This document shows, piece after piece, positions 7,197-17,565 of a DNA stretch of 31,494 nucleotides. The notes beneath the pieces are model-generated. The model was not told where the DNA came from, made no database searches, and worked only from the letters and a program-made list of their open reading frames with translations. Source of the DNA: a virus (taxonomy: Duplodnaviria > Caudoviricetes). A program made the translations under genes and the position numbers. Every line of letters starts with the position of its first letter. Positions within the stretch are counted from its first letter, which is position 1. The DNA is taken from positions 1-31,494 of the IMG/VR virus record IMGVR_UViG_3300017700_000144. One strand, given 5' to 3'.

Positions 7197-10100
7197 TATT
7201 GTGCTTTCTTTTCTTGAACGTTGAGATATCTCTTATAAGCATCTGCTTTATCTTCTGTCATATTGTTAGGAATTTTTCTAAGGTAGTAATCATTATTGAT
7301 TTTCTCAAGGATGCTTCGATTGTCATCGACAGCTTTACCTACAAGACTGTTAATACGGTCTTCTCTAAAGTTACCCATTTGAAGAAGAACTTTAGCATTA
7401 GTTAAACTCTGCTTGCCTTCTTCATTATTACCATCTCTATGAGCAAGAGCCCCGCGATGGAAATACAAATTGAATTCCTTTTCAATGACCTTTTCGTATT
7501 CTTCTTGACTTTTCAAAGAGTTTCTTTTGGATTGAAGATCATTAATGTCTTGGTCTTTAACACCAATCAAAGCCATGACAGTTGCTTGAGCAGGACTACC
7601 TTCAGTCAAGTATGCTTCATTTTTACTCATCCATCTACCGAAGGCAGCGGCTGCGTAAATACGATAAGCACTATTGACAATACCAATCTGACGTAGAGGA
7701 CCAACCCAGTCTTCTACTGTAGTTTTAAAGACGTCGTCGTCATCACTTCTTGCAAGACTTGCTATAGCGCGATAGATACCTTTACTGGACTGTATTGTAC
7801 TTTTAGCAAATGAATAAGAAGCCCCTCCGATAAGGTCTGCGGTGGTTTTGTCAGTTCCCCAAATACTTGTAACAGGTTCGAGTCCTTTGTTACCAAATCG
7901 AGGTCCGATGTCGTACCAAGTTCCAGCTTGAGGATCACCTTTACCGGTGGCAAGGGCTCCAATTGCAGAAGGAAGACCTTCCATGAACATACTTTTCCAA
8001 AAGCTATCTCCAACGACATAACCGTTATCAAGAGCATATTGGCGTAGGTTATCTACTGCAGGAACACCAGTGACACCAACAGTCATGGGCAATCCATACA
8101 TAGCTCCATTCCATGCAAGGAGTCTTCCTCGTTCTTTCCAACTAATACGATCACTAAAGAACAGACTGAGGAGTCTCTGCTGATATGCATAGAACTGCAT
8201 AGGAACAGAAAAGACACCTTTATTCAAAGCAGTAGCGGAAGCTCTACTCATATTAAGGTTGAGAAGGTCAGCACGCTGGAGAATATCCGCTCGGTCTCTT
8301 TCAGTAATTCTACCAAAAGGATTCTTGTCTCTAAACTCTCTGTACGCAGTATACCAAGCTCCGTGACGGACGTTTTCTTCGCCGCCTCTGAAGAACATAG
8401 TACCCATGTCTAAGAACTTGTCATAGTTATTTTCAATAACCTTGACGTTCATGACATCGTCTACGATAGCCGCTTCTTTACCGACAAGGCCAAAGCCTGT
8501 CTTATGAAGCTCATTAAAAGCTTCAGTAAACTCACCGGGTTTCCAGTTACTGGCTCCGGGGAATTTAGCTTTAACTGCTAATTCATCAAGATGTTTAATA
8601 ATATTAGGATGACTATTAGCTCTAGTCCAGAAATGAAATTGAGCTGCAAGACTTCCGGGAGCAGCGTACTTAGCACCAGCTATGCCATAGATATTTCCAT
8701 ACCCACCCATCTGAACTGCGAATTGAGCAATGTTATACAAACCCATAATAGGATGGAAAACAAATGAACGTACAGCAGCGAAAGGATCTTTCAGTTTAGG
8801 AAGAAGCCAGTCAGGAGTAATATTCTGAGCTTTAGGCCCAATCATCTGATAAATATAATCAGCTACTTGCTGGCTGTATTGGTAAAGTAAGTTATGATTC
8901 TCCGAAGGAATACCTACGATCTGATCAATCTGATACTTAGCAATTTGAAGACGTTTAACAAGATCAGCAGGAGCGCTAGGAGCGAATTTAGCTTCGTTAT
9001 AATAATATTGCGGGCTGTACTTGATTTCATTAGGAGATGCAGCAAGGTGAGGACCAGCTTGTTTTAACCAATGCTCGACACTCATGATCTTATAATCATC
9101 ATAGTAATTACTTTTGATGATTCTCTGGAGTCCGCGTTGCATTGTAGTGATAGGATCTACAGTCTTAGCAGGCCCTACTTGATAAAGAGGCTTGCCTGCA
9201 GAACCTATATCTTCAAGACCAAGAAGTCCAAAGCTATCTCTTTCTTGAGAGAATTCAATTTGATGTTGGCCTGCAAGAGTATTCTGTCGTGTTCCATCTT
9301 TGAAACTTGTATAGCGTTGTTCTGCACTCTTAGCGAGGCTTTGACCACGATTGACTACTTCAATAGGTTCATTGAGATTAAGCATCGGAGGAGAGAAGTT
9401 TTTACCTTTACTTCCCAAAAACCATTTCTTAACTACGTCCCAATCAATGGGAAGTTGCTTAGCTGCAATGGCAGCTCCAGCTTCATCGTTTGCTTTAAAC
9501 TTCAAGCGGACAGCATCAAGCTTCTTCGCAAGATCTTTACCTTGCGAATTAAACTGGATGCCCATAATAGTAGTAGGACCTTCATACCAATGTGAAACAT
9601 CTCCTTCAACATCACTACGACGGATATTAGCTTGTTGAATGTACTGATCGTAATCATACTGAAGATGGCCACCACCTCGACGAGGAACTTGATTCCAGTC
9701 CAAGGGACGAGTAGCTATCGTTTCAGAATAGACATACTGAATACGTTGTTCACCAACACTTCCAAAACCCTTGAACGGACGAGACCTAGGCTCATAGATT
9801 TCAACAAGTTGGCCTTCGCCTTTAGTGATCTTACTTTTTAAATCATTCTTGCCGTCAGGACCTTCAGATCTAAGCTTTTTAAGATTAACAATCTTTTCTT
9901 CACCAATTTTACTGCCCATGATGAGAATATTTCCATCACCACCGGGAAGATCACGTCTAGAAACACCGCTGAATTCAGGAGAAAGAATTTCTTTTCCGGC
10001 TTCATCTTTTACAACGACACGGTTAGTCATAGCTCCGACACGCTGCTGGTTACGAACAGAAGCGATGTTTCTGAACATCCTGTCGATTTCCATGCCGCGT

Positions 10101-12436
10101 TTGAATTCAAAGTATGCAGCTATTTCCTGTTCATCAGGAAGACGGCCGAGGACTTGAACCCAATCGGTAGTTAACTCTTGAGCATCTTTGTAGAAATATC
10201 CGGGCTTAGTGCTCTGAGGATCAATCTTAGTATCTGCGTATTCAACCATACGCTGCCATTCATTCCAGCGGTCACGGTTCTTACTGAACCTTCCCGCACG
10301 GAGTTTACTAATCTCAGAGACGTTGTCTTTCAGAATATTGAAATAACTATTAACTCCATAGACAGCAGTCTGCCGGTTAGCACGTTCAGCAACACTGAGA
10401 ACACTCTCAGGGGAACGAAGCTTACCGAAGACACTCGTAAGGAAATTCTTCATCGGGCTGTCAGGAAGTTTAGTATAGCCTGTCTCAGCAATGAGAGAAC
10501 GCATCAGTGAACTGTTCTCAGGAACAGGCACAGTCATCTTGACATAAAATCCCAACCCTTGCTGTTCAACTGTAACAACAGGCTTACCGATTTCTGTCTT
10601 AAATCCTTTGACTTCATCACCGGAAACAGTAACAGGCAACCAACCCTTCTGAGGGGTAAGGCTGCTTTCTACTTCACTAAGATAGTTTTCATCAAGGAAG
10701 AACTTAGGCTTTCCTTCTTTGACTAGTTGAGTAAATCCGGGATTGATTGTTCCAGCATCTGTCTTAACGGCAGACTCAGGAATGTAATAAACTTTAGGTT
10801 TCCTAGCAGCGTCAGTTCCGGGAAGAATTTCAACACCACCGAGTTTGTGATGTTCAATGAAGTTCTCAGCTACTTCGCGACTAAGGAAATAAGTCCCATC
10901 GTTCTTACCGATACGCATATCAGCAAGGAGATTGCTAGAGACTTCTTCTTTATAAAGCTTTTCTACATCAAGAACGTTATTCTTTAATGTAGGATACATA
11001 TTAGGAATGTCATCGATAATAGCTCGAACAGCAGTCTCCCTTGAAAGAACATCGGGGATACGATCTACTTTCTTAAAGGTTTCTGCAGCTTCGACTACCT
11101 TACGCAGCATAGTCTCGCTATTTTCTTCGACACGGTTTACGAGGTCTCTAGAGGCGTTTGTAGAGCCTTTCTTGAAATCATCAAGATCCGTACGCATAGC
11201 ACTAGTAAGGCTCTCTATGGCCCTCTCTGTGGCTCTGGGACGGCCTGTAATATCATCAGAAAGATTGACAGTAGACTTAACTACCGCAGCTTCTTTGAGG
11301 TCTCCAGCGCCTTCAAGGATAGTAGACTTACTTGCATTAGGTGCAGTTCCTGCTTCAGCAATGTCTTTAAAAGCCTTAGCAGTATCTCTCATAAGAACGT
11401 TAGTTCCTTTGACACCCGCTCTAACTCCTCTGGCAGCACCGCTAGCTAAGCCTGTGCCTGCGAAGTCAATACCAAGAGTGATGTTCTTCATCATGACATC
11501 AGACGAACTCATGCCGACCATGCTACGAGCAAAGTCTAATGCAATCTGATGATTGCCTCCAAGCCAACCAGACTTGAGGTTATCTATAATCTTTTTAAAT
11601 TCAGTCTTGAACGCTCCTGCAGTAGGAAGGTCATATAATCTAGCTCGCTGAGCTTCAAGGTTAGCACCAAGACCCACACCTTCAATAATACCAATGCCTT
11701 CGACGTTACCTCGAAGCTGAGCATCAGTGTAACCGGGAATAGCTGTTTTGACTAAGTCAAACGCATAACCACCCCAACCCTGTTGCTTAATCTCATCTTG
11801 GAGATTTTCAACAACGGTTTGAGCAACCATTCGTTTACTTGCGAAGTCCGTAGCAGCGTTCTCCATCTCAAGAACCTTCTCAGGCGAGGCAGCCCGAGCT
11901 TCTTTAAGAAAGGAACCGTTACGTTCAGCAGCTCTGTCCAATTCAGCTACTAGCTGTTTGGCATAGCCTTGTTCAAGAACAACACCGGGATCGGTCTGTT
12001 CATTCATTTCATTCAAGAGCTGAGTAAGCTTTTGAATTTCTTCTTCAGAAAGATCTCCACCCTTCCGGCCTGCTACTTCAGCAAGAACCTTCTGGGTTTC
12101 TTCTCTCTTCCGGGCATCAATATCAGACGCAGCACTGCCACGGAGAGTATCTTCGTCTCCGTTATGCAACGTCTGGTAGATTTCATCTTTACTCTTCTTG
12201 AGGATTTCCTTCAGTCCGAATTCAAACTTCCAAGCACGATTAGTCGCAGTCTCTTCAGACATAGTCGCCGTAGAAGCGTTAGTGTCAAGGGAGACTGTAA
12301 AAGGTTCAGGAGCAGAAATAGGGTCTACAGAAATCCTGCCTGTGTCTTCAGGGAGGACAGGAGAGTCAGGTGTAGCCGGAGCCGGAGGCGCAGGAAGGTT
12401 AGGGTCTTCAACAGGAAGAGGGGCTTCAATAGCCAT
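7196..12436 (-). CDS. large internal virion (ejection) protein, 1746 aa
   Basis: Size, Pro-rich N-terminus and position analogous to T7 gp15/gp16; no catalytic motif recognised. Confidence 0.7.
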   Translation of the reverse strand: MAIEAPLPVEDPNLPAPPAPATPDSPVLPEDTGRISVDPISAPEPFTVSLDTNASTATMSEETATNRAWKFEFGLKEILKKSKDEIYQTLHNGDEDTLRGSAASDIDARKREETQKVLAEVAGRKGGDLSEEEIQKLTQLLNEMNEQTDPGVVLEQGYAKQLVAELDRAAERNGSFLKEARAASPEKVLEMENAATDFASKRMVAQTVVENLQDEIKQQGWGGYAFDLVKTAIPGYTDAQLRGNVEGIGIIEGVGLGANLEAQRARLYDLPTAGAFKTEFKKIIDNLKSGWLGGNHQIALDFARSMVGMSSSDVMMKNITLGIDFAGTGLASGAARGVRAGVKGTNVLMRDTAKAFKDIAEAGTAPNASKSTILEGAGDLKEAAVVKSTVNLSDDITGRPRATERAIESLTSAMRTDLDDFKKGSTNASRDLVNRVEENSETMLRKVVEAAETFKKVDRIPDVLSRETAVRAIIDDIPNMYPTLKNNVLDVEKLYKEEVSSNLLADMRIGKNDGTYFLSREVAENFIEHHKLGGVEILPGTDAARKPKVYYIPESAVKTDAGTINPGFTQLVKEGKPKFFLDENYLSEVESSLTPQKGWLPVTVSGDEVKGFKTEIGKPVVTVEQQGLGFYVKMTVPVPENSSLMRSLIAETGYTKLPDSPMKNFLTSVFGKLRSPESVLSVAERANRQTAVYGVNSYFNILKDNVSEISKLRAGRFSKNRDRWNEWQRMVEYADTKIDPQSTKPGYFYKDAQELTTDWVQVLGRLPDEQEIAAYFEFKRGMEIDRMFRNIASVRNQQRVGAMTNRVVVKDEAGKEILSPEFSGVSRRDLPGGDGNILIMGSKIGEEKIVNLKKLRSEGPDGKNDLKSKITKGEGQLVEIYEPRSRPFKGFGSVGEQRIQYVYSETIATRPLDWNQVPRRGGGHLQYDYDQYIQQANIRRSDVEGDVSHWYEGPTTIMGIQFNSQGKDLAKKLDAVRLKFKANDEAGAAIAAKQLPIDWDVVKKWFLGSKGKNFSPPMLNLNEPIEVVNRGQSLAKSAEQRYTSFKDGTRQNTLAGQHQIEFSQERDSFGLLGLEDIGSAGKPLYQVGPAKTVDPITTMQRGLQRIIKSNYYDDYKIMSVEHWLKQAGPHLAASPNEIKYSPQYYYNEAKFAPSAPADLVKRLQIAKYQIDQIVGIPSENHNLLYQYSQQVADYIYQMIGPKAQNITPDWLLPKLKDPFAAVRSFVFHPIMGLYNIAQFAVQMGGYGNIYGIAGAKYAAPGSLAAQFHFWTRANSHPNIIKHLDELAVKAKFPGASNWKPGEFTEAFNELHKTGFGLVGKEAAIVDDVMNVKVIENNYDKFLDMGTMFFRGGEENVRHGAWYTAYREFRDKNPFGRITERDRADILQRADLLNLNMSRASATALNKGVFSVPMQFYAYQQRLLSLFFSDRISWKERGRLLAWNGAMYGLPMTVGVTGVPAVDNLRQYALDNGYVVGDSFWKSMFMEGLPSAIGALATGKGDPQAGTWYDIGPRFGNKGLEPVTSIWGTDKTTADLIGGASYSFAKSTIQSSKGIYRAIASLARSDDDDVFKTTVEDWVGPLRQIGIVNSAYRIYAAAAFGRWMSKNEAYLTEGSPAQATVMALIGVKDQDINDLQSKRNSLKSQEEYEKVIEKEFNLYFHRGALAHRDGNNEEGKQSLTNAKVLLQMGNFREDRINSLVGKAVDDNRSILEKINNDYYLRKIPNNMTEDKADAYKRYLNVQEKKAQ

Positions 12437-12457
12437 TAATAAATACCTTTAAACATT

Positions 12458-13321
12458 TTAGGAACCTGAGTTGAAGAAGTTAGTAAAAGAAGGAGCAGCC
12501 TGCGTCAGACTCTGACCTGCCGAGAAGATACTAGGTCCTGCAGAGAACATAGCATTTCCAGAAGAAATCTGAGACTGTCCGAGAGCAGCTTGCCCACCAC
12601 CTGCGGAAACTTGACCAGCACCTTGCGATGCCAACGTCTGAGTATCTGCGAGACGGCTTTGGAAGCCTGCATTTTGAACTGCGTAATTGTAAGTCAGATT
12701 AGCTTTAGTAGTTTGGTTATTAGCTTGCTGAACAGCATACATATTCTGAAGATCACCCATCGCAAGATTATTCTGGCTAATGTTATAGTTATGATCGAAG
12801 ATGTTGCGTCCAATTTCAAGGTTCTGTTGAACACCCAGAAGATTAACTCCTGTCTGTCCGCTGAACTGACCGTAGGCTCCTTGGAGTCCACTGCCTTTAT
12901 TAGAACCAGAAGCTGTAGCTGTAGCGAGTCCGATAGCTCTACTTCGCTGTTGGTTACGGATAATCTCAAGTTGATTACGACGAGCATCAAGCTCCATCGC
13001 ATTCATTTTCTGAGCTTCAATAGCCTGTTGAGCAGCTACTGTCCGTCTACCAATTTCAAGACTGCCTTGGCTTGCAGCAATGCTTTGCTGAGAACCTAGA
13101 ACATTAAGATCTCGTTCAGCTCCAGCTGCGATTACCGAAGCAGCAGCTTGTTCTTTACTAATTCCAGCTTGCTGGCGAGCAGCTTCAGCTTGAATACGAG
13201 CGCCTTCTTGCTGTTGGCGAAGACCTTCTTCTTGACGTTCTTGCCCTTCGCTTCGTTCATAAGCGCCGTAAGCCATGCTCCCGACGCCGATAATTGCGGC
13301 AGCTGCTGTAAAAAATGCCAT
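12458..13321 (-). CDS. internal virion protein (T7 gp14-like ejection protein)
   Basis: Hydrophobic Ala/Gly N-terminus (MAFFTAAAAIIGVGSMAYG), Gln/Ala-rich coiled coil, follows the GNAT gene. Confidence 0.75.
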   Translation of the reverse strand: MAFFTAAAAIIGVGSMAYGAYERSEGQERQEEGLRQQQEGARIQAEAARQQAGISKEQAAASVIAAGAERDLNVLGSQQSIAASQGSLEIGRRTVAAQQAIEAQKMNAMELDARRNQLEIIRNQQRSRAIGLATATASGSNKGSGLQGAYGQFSGQTGVNLLGVQQNLEIGRNIFDHNYNISQNNLAMGDLQNMYAVQQANNQTTKANLTYNYAVQNAGFQSRLADTQTLASQGAGQVSAGGGQAALGQSQISSGNAMFSAGPSIFSAGQSLTQAAPSFTNFFNSGS

Positions 13322-13746
13322 TAGATTTCTTTTATATAAGCTCTTTCACAAAGCTTATACCCTTTCTTTTCAAAGTACTTTCCCATATCTTCGTCAAGAC
13401 TTCCCATTTGAATAGCAGAGCATTTAGAAATATGCTCAGCCCAATATTCAAAAGCTAAACGAAGTTGCTCTCCAATACCTTTACCACGTGCTTCAGGTGT
13501 TACATACCAAGCAATTTCAGTAGCTATTAAATACGGACCAAGAAAAGAAGGGATAGCTTTACCCATGATCATTCCTCCATCTGCGATAAGAATTATATCG
13601 CTTTCCGGAGGAGCTGAGAGCATTGAGTTAATTAAAGCGTCTACATATTCAACAGTATAAAATTTAGAAATGTGTTCAGTCTGTTTAATAAACTCTAAAC
13701 CGTATTCTTTAATCTTATCAAAATCATTTGGTTGAGCAACGTGCAT
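13321..13746 (-). CDS. GNAT-family acetyltransferase
   Basis: Motif A WYVTPEARGKGIG and motif B KYFEKKGY. Confidence 0.9.
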   Translation of the reverse strand: MHVAQPNDFDKIKEYGLEFIKQTEHISKFYTVEYVDALINSMLSAPPESDIILIADGGMIMGKAIPSFLGPYLIATEIAWYVTPEARGKGIGEQLRLAFEYWAEHISKCSAIQMGSLDEDMGKYFEKKGYKLCERAYIKEI

Positions 13747-14060
13747 TAGTCGATGACCTTTTCGATCTCGACACTGCGATTAGCAAAGTACCTACGGACA
13801 GTATCTTCACAGTCACTGAAAGTAGTAAACTTCTGCTTCAAGGCTTCTGGAAGACCTCCAACTTCATATCGAAGAGTCCACATACCTTTAATATCATCAT
13901 AGATTGCATGGAGATTATTTTCTCCCTGAAACAACCTAGGATCGACATTACCTTTGGTATCCCGAGGGTTCTTACCCTCCATAGGACGAAGGACAAAGGT
14001 ACGGTCGTCTGATTTCATCTTACCGCGACGACGGGCTTCGACGTCATACATTTCTAACAT
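13746..14060 (-). CDS. hypothetical protein, 104 aa
   Basis: TAATG-coupled at both ends within the late operon. Confidence 0.75.
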   Translation of the reverse strand: MLEMYDVEARRRGKMKSDDRTFVLRPMEGKNPRDTKGNVDPRLFQGENNLHAIYDDIKGMWTLRYEVGGLPEALKQKFTTFSDCEDTVRRYFANRSVEIEKVID

Positions 14061-14446
14061 TAGCTTTTAATAATCCTTGTAGTATTTGTAACAGTCTCAG
14101 CCAAGAAGTAGAAACCAATAGTCGCCATAACTACTGACCAAAGATTTGCATCTAACGGATCAGTCCTGCCTAACCCTAAGACTTTGTCATAGAGATAAAT
14201 CTTGGTAAGATATACAGTCGGGCCGACAGCAAGCATAAAGCGCATTACAGCGTTTATTTTACTGCTCTGGCTCTCAGCCACCATTACATCGCGCTTAGCT
14301 TGTAAAGACGTTATACGCTCTTGGGCAGCGATCTTTTGCTGATCAGTCTTAGCATCAATAAGCTTCAACCGTTCATTAGCAATGGCGTTGGTGACGCCAT
14401 TGATAGTTGTAAACAAACCGGGAAGAAGGCTGAGAAATCCCAGCAT
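14060..14446 (-). CDS. membrane protein, GTA 3TM-holin-like
   Basis: Amphipathic N-terminus, coiled coil, two hydrophobic segments and a DP...LW.VV..TIGFYF ending; lies in the lysis cassette. Confidence 0.6.
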   Translation of the reverse strand: MLGFLSLLPGLFTTINGVTNAIANERLKLIDAKTDQQKIAAQERITSLQAKRDVMVAESQSSKINAVMRFMLAVGPTVYLTKIYLYDKVLGLGRTDPLDANLWSVVMATIGFYFLAETVTNTTRIIKS

Positions 14447-14727
14447 TACTTCTTCAGTTCTTCAGCAATATTAGTAGGAACGAGCTGGTTATTAACCGGG
14501 GTAGTTCCAGCACGACGGCCGACTTCAGAGATGATACCCTTAATTACAAGACCAATAGCGAACCAGAACATCTGGGTATTGCTAAAGCCTGCATCGAAAT
14601 CAATAGTAGCAAGGCTGCTCCAGTCGATTAGAGCGATGACACCGAGAATGAAACCAGTAAAGACTTCAAGACGGGCGAGGAAGATGCTCCAACTTTTGTT
14701 AAAGAGAGCTTTAAGTTTAGACAGCAC
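14446..14727 (-). CDS. putative holin (2 TM)
   Basis: 93 aa with two hydrophobic helices and a charged C-terminus; directly after the endolysin. Confidence 0.6.
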   Translation of the reverse strand: MLSKLKALFNKSWSIFLARLEVFTGFILGVIALIDWSSLATIDFDAGFSNTQMFWFAIGLVIKGIISEVGRRAGTTPVNNQLVPTNIAEELKK

Positions 14728-15445
14728 TAGGTTGATCCTTGTGTTTATAAGCGTAGATCATAAGACCAACGAGAGAGAGGACGACAGCGGTAGCGGAACT
14801 ATAGATAATCCAATGATTAACGATATGATCCCAATAAGTATATGCGTAGACAACAGTTGAAGTAGCCGTAGCGCTTGCAGCGATGATAGGGCCAGTCTTG
14901 TTAAACACACCCATGAACTTCAGAATACCTGCACAGCCTAATTGTTTATCGACATGATTAGCATCGAACTTGCCATCAGCAATATACTTACCTTTAACAT
15001 ACTGATCAGTTCCAGCCCAGATGTATGGAGAAGGAATTCCCTTGTTGTAGTAGCCAAGACCATTATATTTTTCCAACATAGCTAAAGAGCCACCGATGCT
15101 CCAATCTTTATTCTTGGCAGCAAAAGGATGGCAATTGGTAAGGGCGTCTACAGCAGCTTCTTCCCATGATTTAAACGGACCACGTCCCTTAGGAACGCGG
15201 ACTGATTTCTTATTCCATGGATCACCTTGAGCTAGACTTTTAGCCCAGTTCTGGTTTGACTCGCGGATATGTACAACACCGATGAACCACCATGGCACAC
15301 CAGTGAGTTTCTCAACAGCTTTGTATCGAGCTTGAGCTTCGGGAGCAGACAACTGATCTGCAGCCTTTTTAAAGGCAGGTCCCATAGAAGCCGGGATACG
15401 CATAGCGTCCCAGCGTTTTTTATTCATTTCGGCAAGAGTTGCCAT
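14717..15445 (-). CDS. endolysin, COG5526-type lysozyme family, with C-terminal hydrophobic anchor
   Basis: TGVPWWFIGVVHIRE, QGDPW..KSVRVPKGRGPF.SWEEAAVDAL, LEKYNGLGY, PSPYIWAGT, GKYIADG. Real start ATG 15445 (TAATG overlap). Confidence 0.85.
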   Translation of the reverse strand: MATLAEMNKKRWDAMRIPASMGPAFKKAADQLSAPEAQARYKAVEKLTGVPWWFIGVVHIRESNQNWAKSLAQGDPWNKKSVRVPKGRGPFKSWEEAAVDALTNCHPFAAKNKDWSIGGSLAMLEKYNGLGYYNKGIPSPYIWAGTDQYVKGKYIADGKFDANHVDKQLGCAGILKFMGVFNKTGPIIAASATATSTVVYAYTYWDHIVNHWIIYSSATAVVLSLVGLMIYAYKHKDQPSAV

Positions 15446-17565
15446 TATGGTGCTCCATTTACAGATTGGAAGGAAGACCAACCAATTATATCAAAGGGTT
15501 GATCGTCTTTAGACGATACTTTAAATTGAAGGACAGTTCCATGTCCACGGACTTTGAGACGCTTACGTGCGGAGTCAAAGTTTTCATCCGTATGGGTAAT
15601 TAATTGACGAGAAGACCAACGTCCAGTTTCAGAACCTATATTAGCGTAGTCCCAAATACCTTGGAAGAAATAACTAACAGGAGAGAAAATCCTAGAAAAT
15701 ACACTCACCCAATTAGATTGAAATTTCTTAATTCCTTGGCCTGTTAATTTAAATCCAGAGATAAAATAACTATCGTAATTAATTCCGGTATTATCCAGAG
15801 TATTCCAATCAATATACCTTCCGCTATTACGATCCGCAAAAGTAAATTGATTTACTCCATCTATGTTTAATCCACTGACAAAGAATTTATCAAACTGGAG
15901 ATTAACTTTAGAGTCTTCAGTATAAGTTACGACTTCTCTTCCGAGATCGTCGTAGATGAATTCACCAGAAAGATCTACTACGTTAGTTCGTTTTGTAGGT
16001 CGGGTAATCAATTCCGTAGAAACAATCGAATGAATCTTTACATTACTTGGAGAAATAGTCCAAGGATACCAAGCACCTGTTCTAGTATTAAAATTAAGCA
16101 TACGATCAAATTCATAGCTTGCATCTAATTGACTTGTAGCGGTACTCCGATAAATCCATCGAATATGACCAGTGCCGGGGTTATACACCCCTCTGGCATA
16201 TTTCTTAGATAAGATTGGAATTTCTTGGTAGAAAGTATTAATCGTATCGTAAGTCATAGATTTGATCATAGGAATGTTTTGCTCAGGCGTCATTATATAG
16301 ATGCCTTCGCTATTCCACCAACAAGGATATCCACCTACGTCTACAAAGGATGTAGCTGACAGCGTACTGATCTTACCAATCTTTTGCGGAGAGTAATCGT
16401 TAGCAGTAAAGCCGATACCAGTAGAGCCTGTAATGAAGAAAACTCCATTGACAGCGAAGACACAAAGCCCTCCGGGGACGGTTACCAGTTTGTAGATACT
16501 TCCTGCTTCAAGAATATTAATAACACCACCATCCGTAGGAAGGAGATCAAAAAGATCTTCAGCAGTCGGATCATTTACTTGGTAGCATTTTTCATACTGA
16601 TCTTCACTCTCAATAATTTGAGTAAAGTAGATACTACTATTAAATCCTTCTAAATTAATACCTGCGTAGAAAACACGCCCAGCAAAGAAGGCTGAGGTGC
16701 TTGGACGATAGAAAGTAGTATTAGTCGAAGGAACTCCGCTTAATCCTGAAACACCATCTCTATTTTGGAAGGCAAGATCAACAATAAAATGCCCTTTAAC
16801 TGCAGGAGTATTACCTGCACTTATCCGGGCAATTGAAGCGTCGCTAGCATCGAAGTTATCTGTAGCGTCTTTAAACCTCCACATAACATCGGCATTGCTA
16901 GGCATTGTCGTTTGAGCTGTATCCCACAGAGTTAAATTATCCGTAGTCCAACCTTGGTTTAAAAGATTGTACTTATGGTTAATTTCAAGTCCTGCTAAAG
17001 AAGCGGTAGGTCTGGTAGTAGTAGAAAGTAAATCTCCCTTAGCTCCTTCGAAATCTCTAATCTTTAAGACAAGAGAAGTAGGAGTAGCTTCTTGAGTATC
17101 TACATTATAAGAAATTCTAATCGGATCACAATAAGGATGAGTTACAAAGAGAAGACCATTTCCAGAAGAATACTGAACTTCAGTCAAAGCGGGTTCAGGT
17201 GCACCTACAACTCCCGTTAATTCAACGGTAGTTGTTAAGGCATTGCTTGAAAAATTACCTGAGCCATCTGTTTCATAGAAGTACAGGGTAGCTCCGACTT
17301 GTGCGACTAAAAGGGTAAGGTCTCCGTTTCCTGCGACATTCTGCCACAAAAACGTAGACACTGCTTCATTTTGTCTTTCAATACTTTTACCTAGATAGTT
17401 ACTTTCAATATCAAAACCTTCACGTCGAGCAACGCTACCGTCAATATCAAACTCACAATTCCAAGTCTCAGTACAAGCATTCTGAGGGAAGTTAAGACCT
17501 GTAGCTTCAGTAACTAAACCTTTAGCAAAGTTATTTTCGACAGCTATGCCGATTTGCCGGGTCAT
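15445..17565 (-). CDS. tail nozzle / tail tubular protein B
   Basis: 706 aa, beta-rich, with NNFAKGLVTE start and FFAGRVFYAG; follows the adaptor gene. Confidence 0.8.
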   Translation of the reverse strand: MTRQIGIAVENNFAKGLVTEATGLNFPQNACTETWNCEFDIDGSVARREGFDIESNYLGKSIERQNEAVSTFLWQNVAGNGDLTLLVAQVGATLYFYETDGSGNFSSNALTTTVELTGVVGAPEPALTEVQYSSGNGLLFVTHPYCDPIRISYNVDTQEATPTSLVLKIRDFEGAKGDLLSTTTRPTASLAGLEINHKYNLLNQGWTTDNLTLWDTAQTTMPSNADVMWRFKDATDNFDASDASIARISAGNTPAVKGHFIVDLAFQNRDGVSGLSGVPSTNTTFYRPSTSAFFAGRVFYAGINLEGFNSSIYFTQIIESEDQYEKCYQVNDPTAEDLFDLLPTDGGVINILEAGSIYKLVTVPGGLCVFAVNGVFFITGSTGIGFTANDYSPQKIGKISTLSATSFVDVGGYPCWWNSEGIYIMTPEQNIPMIKSMTYDTINTFYQEIPILSKKYARGVYNPGTGHIRWIYRSTATSQLDASYEFDRMLNFNTRTGAWYPWTISPSNVKIHSIVSTELITRPTKRTNVVDLSGEFIYDDLGREVVTYTEDSKVNLQFDKFFVSGLNIDGVNQFTFADRNSGRYIDWNTLDNTGINYDSYFISGFKLTGQGIKKFQSNWVSVFSRIFSPVSYFFQGIWDYANIGSETGRWSSRQLITHTDENFDSARKRLKVRGHGTVLQFKVSSKDDQPFDIIGWSSFQSVNGAP

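Noticed and set aside
7196-12436. 1746-aa protein as a virion RNA polymerase or transglycosylase
   Set aside because: No polymerase or lysozyme motif recognised, and it is much smaller than N4 vRNAP. A profile search could still overturn this.
15446-15481. ORF-track N-terminal extensions (endolysin 15481; also 1639, 1760, 28959, 30034)
   Set aside because: They overlap neighbouring genes or terminators; better coupled or SD-supported starts lie downstream.
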